In this document: positions 17,582 through 24,521 of the stretch, piece by piece
How the letters are laid out: each line of letters opens with the position of its first letter
How positions within the stretch are numbered: position 1 is the first letter of the stretch
Virus record (IMG/VR): IMGVR_UViG_3300016478_000173
Location: 1 to 24,521 of that record
Direction: 5' to 3' (one strand)
From: a virus
Lineage: Duplodnaviria > Caudoviricetes
DNA length: 24,521 nt
Notes under the pieces: generated by a model
Seen by the model: the letters and a program-made list of their open reading frames with translations, nothing else
Told to the model about the DNA's origin: nothing
The model's database searches: none
Position numbers and translations under genes: made by a program

Positions 17582-17839
17582 TTACAGGTTGAGCGCGGAC
17601 TTTGCCCGAGCAATGACGGCGCTAAGCTGGGCACGCTCTGAAACGAGAGACAGGTAGCGGTCCTGAGCTGCAGGCGGGGCAATCTCGATGCCTGGGCGAG
17701 CGCGAGTGATTGCAGCCTGCACATCTTCCAGGCGCTGCTCGGCCAGCTCGAGGATTCGACGCTCAGCAGCCTCAGTGCGAGCAGCCAGGGCGCCCAGCTC
17801 ACCGAGGCGAGTGCGCGTTGCATCCATGTGCGCCTTCAT
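17582..17839 (-). CDS. Small helical hypothetical protein (85 aa)
   Basis: ATG at 17839 overlaps the upstream stop (ATGA); MKAHMDATRTRLGEL...; coiled-coil-like. Confidence 0.7.
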   Translation of the reverse strand: MKAHMDATRTRLGELGALAARTEAAERRILELAEQRLEDVQAAITRARPGIEIAPPAAQDRYLSLVSERAQLSAVIARAKSALNL

Positions 17840-18030
17840 GACCGAACCTCGGCCAGGCACAAGGAGCGAAGGCCAGGAGCCTGAATGGTGTAGCAGGTGC
17901 CCGAGTCATTCCTGGCTTTCGCCAGGCAGTAAGCGCGCGCATCAGGATCAGCGACGGTGTAGCAGGAGCCATCGTTTGCCAGAGCCTGGCCAGACAGCAG
18001 CAAAAGAAGAATTAGAACCACGGGTTTCAT
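17836..18030 (-). CDS. Small exported Cys-repeat protein (64 aa)
   Basis: Signal peptide MKPVVLILLLLLSGQALA; two CY-x10-CLA repeats; AAGGGAGG RBS. Confidence 0.8.
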   Translation of the reverse strand: MKPVVLILLLLLSGQALANDGSCYTVADPDARAYCLAKARNDSGTCYTIQAPGLRSLCLAEVRS

Positions 18031-18052
18031 GAGAAGCCCTCCCTTGTTTTCG

Positions 18053-21000
18053 TCAGATTAGCTCGCCCTGCGCGCTTTGGGCAGCCATCCGTCGCTGATT
18101 AATGAAATGCGCCACACCGGTGTCATCCAAGCCTTCCATGGGATCAGCCATCATATCCTTGAGGGCATACTTCTTCTGCAAGCGTTCGCGAGACTTGAAG
18201 GCTTCCTTGTGGTTGGCCACCAGGTCGATCAGCTCCACGTTGTTCTTCTGGCCAAGGCGATGGATGCGGGCATTGCGCTGGCTGTGGGTCTTGGCGGTAT
18301 CTGGAACGTCGTGCTGGATCAGGTACTGGCCAGACTGCAGGTTCATCCCGACAGCACCGGCGTCCGATGCGATCAGAATGTCAGCCTGAGCCTCGCCCTG
18401 CTCCGGGTTGAACAGTTGGCGCTTGCGGTTTTTCTCGGCGCCACTGTCGCTGCCCGTGATGGTCACAACACGCTTCCCGGCCTTCTCCAGCGCAGACTTG
18501 AGAGCCTCGACAGACGCGCGATTCCGAGCAAACACCACCCCCTGCTTGCCAGGGCGGGCAGCCACATGCTGCAGGGTGCGATTGACCAGAGCATTGTCCG
18601 GATGGGTGTAGATCACCCGCTTGATCGCTGAAGACTTCACGATCCCCAGGCTTTTCTGGATCGAGTCGGCCATGTTTTCGTGCTCGGACTCCGGCAGGCC
18701 TTCGAACGAAGATGGCGAGATGGCCTTTGCCGCAGCGATATCGACCTTACCCTGCGACCGAGCCCGGCGGGCAGCGGTCAGGTGCTGGTTCAGTTCGCCG
18801 AGGGCTTGCTTCTGCGACTCGGACAGTTCGACCACATCCTCGGTGCGTTTGGCCTCCACATCAGGCGCGATAGTGGCCGGGAACACATACCGTGCCATTT
18901 CACGCTTGAGGGCATTCTTCGAGGCGATGGTGTCAGCACCGTACCGGCGCATGAACTGAGCCCGATCGGCATACCGCTCAGGATCCAGCTTCTGCAGCAT
19001 GGAGTGAATCTCGGAGGCGTCGTTCTTCACCGGGTCGCCGGACGCATAAATGTAGTGCGGGGTGTTGTCGGAAACCGAGTCGATGACGTTAGCCAGGCTG
19101 GAATTTTCCTTCCCGGCACGGTTGAGAATGTCGTGGGCCTCATCGACAAAGGTCGCGTCGAAGTTCATCCCTTCCTTGGCCATGACTTCCGCAGCCCAGG
19201 CCTTACGCTCAGCAGGTGACATAGCGCCCAGCTTTTCGACCATGGCCTGCTCATCGATCCCGGCATGCTTGGCCCCCAGGTGGACCATATCGTCGCGGAA
19301 CGATTGGTGCGTCATCACTGCGAAGTGGGTGTCCGGGTCCTTGTACGCAGCCAGGCGAGATTCACGGCTGGCGCCAGGCTCAATGTGCCACTTGAACTTG
19401 CCAGCATCGAGCAGGCGCAGGGCCTCACCGGCAAACTGGCCTTGCACGATGCTGGGCACCAGCATAATCGCCCGCTTCGCCTTGCCCAGGCCGTGCAGAT
19501 GGGCGAATGCGCCGAGCATGATGTTGGTCTTGCCGGAGCCGGCCCCGAAGGCCAGACCGACACGCTTATTGGCGGCCACCATCTTGATCGCGCGCTGCTG
19601 GTTTACATACTTGCCAGACATGCTGACATTCCAGAGCTTCGTCGGCTGGCCGGGTTTGAAGTTCTGGCCGACCACACCCATCATGCCGGCAAGCTGGCGC
19701 TCAGCAGCATGGCCCAGAGTGTGGCGCTCATCATTTGCCAGCGGAGCGGGAGCCTTCTGGGCGCCATCATCAGCACCGCCGAACAGGTCCTCGGAGGAGA
19801 AGAAGCCCATCTGGGACTGCTCGAAGGCGGCCTTCTGCTCCAGGGCCGCATCCATTTTCTCCTTGACGCTGCCGGAGGCGTACTTGCCACCTACCCGATC
19901 GCGCATGCTGTCGGCGAGCTCGCGCTGCTTGGCCAGGCGAGCCTCGCGAGCATCAGGATCAACGGCCTCCAGGTGGTTCAGGTTGTTGCGCACAACCTGC
20001 TTACCCAGCTTGAGCGGGCTGTCCGGATTCAGCTTGTTATGAGCGTCGACAAAAGACTTTGCCACCTTCGAGCGGACCATATCCTGCACCGACTCGTAGG
20101 CCTTGGCAGTGCCGCCCATAACCTTGATGTACTTGGACCAGGTGAGAGACGAGGCGTTTACCTGGGCAGCCAGGTCGTCGCGCTTGGTGCGCCACTCCTG
20201 CCATTCCGGGTTTACCACCGTCTCGCCGAACATATCGACGGTCTCTTTTTCCGGCTCCTGCGCCTGCAGGGCAACCAGGTCGGACTTGAGCTGCGCGCCC
20301 TGCTTGCTGTCGCGGGCAAGGTTACGGGTAAAGAACTCGCGCAGGGACCGCTGGTCCTGGTGGTTCAGTTCGCCGATCTGCTTATAGGCCGCAGTGCCCT
20401 CTGGCGTTTCCGACAGGGCGCGGTGCAAAGCATCGACCGCCTTCTGGTCGACCTTGAACTTTTGCCGCGAAAGGGTCGTGCGATCGCCGCCCAGGCTGGC
20501 AACGTGATCGTCGGCATATTGCTCGAAGGCGCCAGCCAGCTCCTCGGCGCGCTGCATCTTGCCGTCGGCACCCTTGAGCGGAGCCACGGCATCCAGGGCG
20601 GCACGGTACTCGGCGGCGCGATCAGCGCCCACCTTCGAGAAGAAGTCGGCAGATTGCACATCAGCCAGGATATCGGCCGGTGAGTCACCATCGGCGGTAC
20701 GCCCACCGATGTAGGAGCGCAGGGACTGCTGCAGATCAGGGCCTGCCTCGAAAGGCTTGGCCAATTGCTCAGCGACGCCAGGCTTGACGTCCATGGCCAG
20801 ATCCGGGCGATTGGCGACTCCCAGCGGGAGCCAGCCGTCCTCGTCCTGGTCGCCACGAATAATGCTGAGGTTACGGTGCACCTGCTGCATATCCGCGCGA
20901 GCAACCGGCTTTGCCAGGCGATCCATACCGGAGCCATTCACGGTCAAGAAGGTATCGCCGCCGACCTTCTCCAGGGTGTAGTCGCCCGGCATCAGGCCGA

Positions 21001-22606
21001 TGGCGCGCACCTGCTGAATGGCCTGCTCCAGGCCGGTCTTGCCCAGAGAAATCTGCAGCTCGTCCTGCTTGCCTTGCTTCATGGCCAGCACAAGCGAGGC
21101 GTTAGCCTCCATTTCCCCGAGAGCCTGCCCGAGGATGCGCTGGGCGTCGCCGATAGCGGCACGACGGCGTGAGTTGAGCTCCTGGGCAACAGTGAGCTCG
21201 GCGCCAGACTGCGCCTCCTCAGACAGCTCGATCGCCTTGGCGGCATCGGTCAGATCGCGGGCCTTCTTCAAGGCCTCGGTGCTTGCCTGCATGTAGTGGT
21301 TCAGGTGCCAGTCCTGCACGCCGTTGGTAACGTGCTCCAGCTCCTGCGGATCAAGGTCATTGTGAAAGCGGCGAGCCAACACCTGAGCAGCGCCAGCCAC
21401 GCCGAGCACATCCACAACGGAGCGATCGACCAGGGCATCACCGCCAACGGCCAAGGCCAGCGAATTGATCGAGTTGTAGGCGCCGACACCGATATGCCCG
21501 CCCAGCGTCTCCTCCGGCTTGGCGCCGGCGATCTTACCGACCTCAGACAGGAAGGCGCTGGTCTGCGCAGTACGGAGCTCGTTCTCAACGTCCTGCTTGG
21601 CGGCCTCCTCCAGATCGGAGGGCTCCGACGATTCGATGACGAACGCCTTCGGCTCCACCGGGCCCTTCTCAAGATCGGCATTGGCATCGCGCGCCTGCCG
21701 TTCGATAGCGGCCAAGCGCTTGCCTTCTTTGACCAGCTCGAGTGCATCGGTGGCGCTCAGCAGGGAGGCGTCAGCAGAAGGCGCGGCAGGCTCCTTCACG
21801 CCTTCGAGCTCCTTGGCGATCAGGGCCGCAGACTCGCCACGAGCAAAGGCAGCCGCGCGCTGCTCAGGCGACAGGCCGGCCAGCTTGGCCTGAGTGGCCT
21901 CCTTCTGCAGCTCCTCGGAGCTGAGGCCGGCAGCCTGAGCGCGCCCCTTGTAATCAGCCTGAAAGCCGAGGCCAGCCTTGGACTCCTTCATCGGATCCAG
22001 ATCGGCAACCGACAGCTTGTCATCGTCCCGGGTGAAAAGCGGAATCTCGCCAATCCCAGCATCGGCCCGGGCGCTGGCATCGTTCACCAGGCGATCGCGG
22101 CTCTGCTTGATCACCTGCTTGGCGCGGGAGAGCAGCGCCGCGTGATGCTTGGCCCGCAACTTGTTCTGCGCAGCCTGCGAGAGGTGCTCGTAGTCAGCAG
22201 CCGGGAATTCCAGGTCTTCCTTGTTCCACCCGGCCTTTTTGGCAACAGCCTCGATCACCTGGCGTTCAGCCTGGCGCTTGGCGGTCTTGATTTGCTCGCG
22301 AGCTGCCTGCTTGGCCTCGTGCACGCCGGCGGCCTTGTCGGCGGCGATCTGCTCCTTGCGCTGCGAGCGCTTCTCCTCGGCGCGCGCGGAGGCCTCCTGC
22401 TTGTACTGCTCCTTGGACTTCACGCCGCGCAGTTTCAGGTAGTTCAGCGAACCACCGGCGCCGCCGATCACGCGCGCCGAGCCGTCGGGCTGGGGCTCGA
22501 TCAGGACGGGTTGACCTTTGGTGCCAGGGCCATTCGGGTGGACGGTGACCCATTGCGCGCCAGGTGGAATCTGTGAGGCCTTGAGCAGTAGTAGGACTTT
22601 TCGCAT
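18053..22606 (-). CDS. Large SNF2/SF2 helicase-like protein (possible DarB-like virion cargo)
   Basis: 1517 aa. C-terminal third has Walker A FGAGSGKT, FVDEAH, ASGDPVKND, SDAGAVGMNLQ and QRNARIHRLGQ. The ~1000-aa N-terminal region looks helical. Confidence 0.88.
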   Translation of the reverse strand: MRKVLLLLKASQIPPGAQWVTVHPNGPGTKGQPVLIEPQPDGSARVIGGAGGSLNYLKLRGVKSKEQYKQEASARAEEKRSQRKEQIAADKAAGVHEAKQAAREQIKTAKRQAERQVIEAVAKKAGWNKEDLEFPAADYEHLSQAAQNKLRAKHHAALLSRAKQVIKQSRDRLVNDASARADAGIGEIPLFTRDDDKLSVADLDPMKESKAGLGFQADYKGRAQAAGLSSEELQKEATQAKLAGLSPEQRAAAFARGESAALIAKELEGVKEPAAPSADASLLSATDALELVKEGKRLAAIERQARDANADLEKGPVEPKAFVIESSEPSDLEEAAKQDVENELRTAQTSAFLSEVGKIAGAKPEETLGGHIGVGAYNSINSLALAVGGDALVDRSVVDVLGVAGAAQVLARRFHNDLDPQELEHVTNGVQDWHLNHYMQASTEALKKARDLTDAAKAIELSEEAQSGAELTVAQELNSRRRAAIGDAQRILGQALGEMEANASLVLAMKQGKQDELQISLGKTGLEQAIQQVRAIGLMPGDYTLEKVGGDTFLTVNGSGMDRLAKPVARADMQQVHRNLSIIRGDQDEDGWLPLGVANRPDLAMDVKPGVAEQLAKPFEAGPDLQQSLRSYIGGRTADGDSPADILADVQSADFFSKVGADRAAEYRAALDAVAPLKGADGKMQRAEELAGAFEQYADDHVASLGGDRTTLSRQKFKVDQKAVDALHRALSETPEGTAAYKQIGELNHQDQRSLREFFTRNLARDSKQGAQLKSDLVALQAQEPEKETVDMFGETVVNPEWQEWRTKRDDLAAQVNASSLTWSKYIKVMGGTAKAYESVQDMVRSKVAKSFVDAHNKLNPDSPLKLGKQVVRNNLNHLEAVDPDAREARLAKQRELADSMRDRVGGKYASGSVKEKMDAALEQKAAFEQSQMGFFSSEDLFGGADDGAQKAPAPLANDERHTLGHAAERQLAGMMGVVGQNFKPGQPTKLWNVSMSGKYVNQQRAIKMVAANKRVGLAFGAGSGKTNIMLGAFAHLHGLGKAKRAIMLVPSIVQGQFAGEALRLLDAGKFKWHIEPGASRESRLAAYKDPDTHFAVMTHQSFRDDMVHLGAKHAGIDEQAMVEKLGAMSPAERKAWAAEVMAKEGMNFDATFVDEAHDILNRAGKENSSLANVIDSVSDNTPHYIYASGDPVKNDASEIHSMLQKLDPERYADRAQFMRRYGADTIASKNALKREMARYVFPATIAPDVEAKRTEDVVELSESQKQALGELNQHLTAARRARSQGKVDIAAAKAISPSSFEGLPESEHENMADSIQKSLGIVKSSAIKRVIYTHPDNALVNRTLQHVAARPGKQGVVFARNRASVEALKSALEKAGKRVVTITGSDSGAEKNRKRQLFNPEQGEAQADILIASDAGAVGMNLQSGQYLIQHDVPDTAKTHSQRNARIHRLGQKNNVELIDLVANHKEAFKSRERLQKKYALKDMMADPMEGLDDTGVAHFINQRRMAAQSAQGELI

Positions 22607-22630
22607 GAGAACATCATGCGGTCACGACAC
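22607..22630 (-). promoter_or_regulatory. Conserved motif TCGTGAC-CG-CATGAT upstream of the helicase
   Basis: GTGTCGTGAC CG CATGAT GTTCTC ATG; 14-nt spacing; its TGA is also the HNH stop codon. Confidence 0.75.
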
Positions 22631-23236
22631 ATCGACGAAGCTGTTCTTCTTCCGAAGATTGTCTACCCAAGGCAGCGGGCGCAGATTGTAGTGAACATGG
22701 AGTCCGCACACGTTTTGCCCAGCGATCGGAACAATGTGGTCAACGTGATGCGGAATCCCCGTCTCCAAAGTGAGACGCTCTGCCAGCCGATATACATCAA
22801 GGATCAGTGCACGATCAGCCCACAAAGGGGTTGCTCGCTTTACGCGCTTCTTACGCAGAGCGTTAAGGTGCAGAATCCTCGCCTTGTTTTCCTTCAACCA
22901 CAGCTTTCTAGCGGCGGACAGGCGCTCTCGATTCTTGGCGTAGTAATCCTTTTTCTTCTTGTTGATCGCCTCTTTGTTTTTCTCGTACCGCGCTCTGTTG
23001 CGAGGGCCGATTTCGCCTTTCAGCTCCTCCCAGCGCTTGCGGTCGTAATCGGAGCGCACCTCCTTGGCGCCAGGTCTTGCTCGCAATATCGCCGCACGCT
23101 CGCGGTGGCAGGCGATGCATTTCTTGTTTGACGTGAGACGCAGATCAGCGTGGCCGCTTGGGCAGAGAATCCCAGGAAAATAATGGCGAAGTCCCCGATC
23201 TTTGGCGGTTGACCGAGAAATAATGTGCAGGTGCAT
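22622..23236 (-). CDS. HNH endonuclease (possible free-standing homing endonuclease)
   Basis: 204 aa; HHVDHIVPIAGQNVCGLHVHYNLRPL...NLRKKN; N-terminal CPSGH...CIAC; Lys/Arg-rich; visibly more AT-rich than its flanks. Confidence 0.88.
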   Translation of the reverse strand: MHLHIISRSTAKDRGLRHYFPGILCPSGHADLRLTSNKKCIACHRERAAILRARPGAKEVRSDYDRKRWEELKGEIGPRNRARYEKNKEAINKKKKDYYAKNRERLSAARKLWLKENKARILHLNALRKKRVKRATPLWADRALILDVYRLAERLTLETGIPHHVDHIVPIAGQNVCGLHVHYNLRPLPWVDNLRKKNSFVDVS

Positions 23237-23263
23237 ACATTGCTTTGGTGGTCCAGTGGCGCC

Positions 23264-24409
23264 CTAACTTAGCGTCTGTTTCAGCCATGCTGCAAATTCA
23301 GCATCGTCGCCCGGATGCTCCTCGATCACCGGCACCCATCTTCCTCGACAATGAGGGTGAGATAGACCAGCGGGTAACCAATATTGTTCCTCCTGTGGCC
23401 GTGGCACCAGCACGTTGCCCAGGCGTTTGCGCGGCGAGGCCGAGCGGCCGACGTTGTTCTTGCCCGGCCAGATCATGGTGTCCGGGTCCTTGTTCGGGTG
23501 ATCAGCAGACACGACGGTAGCTATCTTGCCGTCGATCTTCCGGCAGAAGCCGCAGGCATTTTCGTACTGCTCCACTCGCTCGACCCGGGTGCCAGGCGGC
23601 AAGCTGGCAATGAAACCCTGCAACTGCGCCTCGCCAGCCTCGGTCACAGCAATCCGGCGCCAGTCGCGGTTGAGGGTGGCAAACTGGTCGACCAGCTTGG
23701 ACTGCAGCGATGTACCAGGAACGCCGGCCGGCTTGGTCTGCACCTCCTCGAGGTGCTGCAGTACGGTCGAGCGCATGCGATGACGCACGCTCTCGGACAG
23801 AGCCCGGACATTCTCCACGGCACGCACACGAGCAAAGTCCAGCGCCGCTCGCTGCATGGCGGAGAGCTTGAATTGACTGGCGGCAGCAGCCACGGTCGAA
23901 GGAAGGGCAGCAAGGATGGTGTCGGCTGCCTTTGCTGTCACGGCAGCAGCGGCCATATTCGCCTGCACCTTGCCCATCATTCCCGCGCGGGTGGCCAGCC
24001 ACTCGGCCTCAGTGGCTAGATCGTCAGCAGGCAGATAGCGCTGCACGACGTAATCGACGGCCATCATGTGATCATCCAGGGTCCACTGCGCCGGCGGCAG
24101 ACTCTCCAGGTACAGCTTGACCACATCGAGCTCGGTCGGCGACCAGCGCTCCATCATGCCAGGGCGAACCACAGGCCCTGCATTCGAACGATGCTTTGCG
24201 CCAGACAGGAGCGCCTGCAGCTGCTCGTTGACCTCACTCAGGCGATCGAGCCCGCGCTTGGTGAATAGCTCGACCAGGCGACGCAGCAGCAGAGATTCGT
24301 GGGGCTTCCAGATCGAGCCGTCCCGGTCATTCGTGGACTTGAAAATGAACTCAAGCGCATCGTCGGTGGCCTGCTGGCTCAGCGGGAACAGATCAACAAA
24401 AAGTGCCAT
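23264..24409 (-). CDS. Head morphogenesis / minor head protein (SPP1 gp7 / Mu F-like)
   Basis: 381 aa; NRDWRRIAVTE, ACGFC, HPHCRGRW. Confidence 0.8.
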   Translation of the reverse strand: MALFVDLFPLSQQATDDALEFIFKSTNDRDGSIWKPHESLLLRRLVELFTKRGLDRLSEVNEQLQALLSGAKHRSNAGPVVRPGMMERWSPTELDVVKLYLESLPPAQWTLDDHMMAVDYVVQRYLPADDLATEAEWLATRAGMMGKVQANMAAAAVTAKAADTILAALPSTVAAAASQFKLSAMQRAALDFARVRAVENVRALSESVRHRMRSTVLQHLEEVQTKPAGVPGTSLQSKLVDQFATLNRDWRRIAVTEAGEAQLQGFIASLPPGTRVERVEQYENACGFCRKIDGKIATVVSADHPNKDPDTMIWPGKNNVGRSASPRKRLGNVLVPRPQEEQYWLPAGLSHPHCRGRWVPVIEEHPGDDAEFAAWLKQTLS

Positions 24410-24521
24410 TCTTTGCTCGCTCGGTTGGTGGCCGGAGGACCGGCAATAACGCGCCGGCCCTCCAGCACTTCCCCGATACGACTACCCAGCGGGCTCAGGG
24501 CTGCGCTCTTCGCTTTGCCTG

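Noticed and set aside
1978-22576. Long + strand ORFs (1978-4242, 5674-7113, 13654-15990, 19265-20683, 21296-22576 and others)
   Set aside because: They mirror well-supported minus-strand genes and show no recognisable motifs.
24410-24521. Possible 3' end of an upstream minus-strand gene
   Set aside because: Too short; the reading frame cannot be determined from the window.
1-24521. CRISPR arrays, tRNA/rRNA genes, IS elements, integrase, lysis cassette
   Set aside because: None recognised; intergenic gaps are too short and no such motifs were seen.

Overview
This window is a contiguous, GC-rich morphogenesis module of a contractile-tailed (myovirus-type) phage, prophage or phage-plasmid, encoded almost entirely on the minus strand. 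In the direction of transcription (right to left) it encodes: a gp7/Mu-F-like head protein, an HNH endonuclease, a 1517-aa SNF2-type helicase plus two small genes, prohead protease, scaffold, major capsid protein, a Rho-N-like acidic protein, a four-gene fibre/appendage block, head-tail adaptor, Zn-finger neck protein, one inverted neck gene (+ strand), a tail completion protein, a small pre-sheath protein, sheath, tube, a tail chaperone pair, tape measure with a lytic transglycosylase, and a baseplate hub-like gene truncated by the window edge. From recalled motifs and gene order, the capsid, neck and tail resemble SPO1/Twort/A511-like (Herelleviridae) virions, although the composition suggests a high-GC host. 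Most notable signals: (1) a TCGTGAC-SG-CANNAT motif whose heptamer ends exactly 14 nt before four ATGs (candidate leaderless late promoter); (2) a UCC_UUU_CGU +1 frameshift site in the tail chaperones; (3) a 26-aa copy of the capsid N-arm inside the protease; (4) recurring hydrophobic-x-K-[S/A] motifs that may mark protease cleavage and capsid cargo, including the large helicase. All product calls come from motif recognition and synteny, not database searches.
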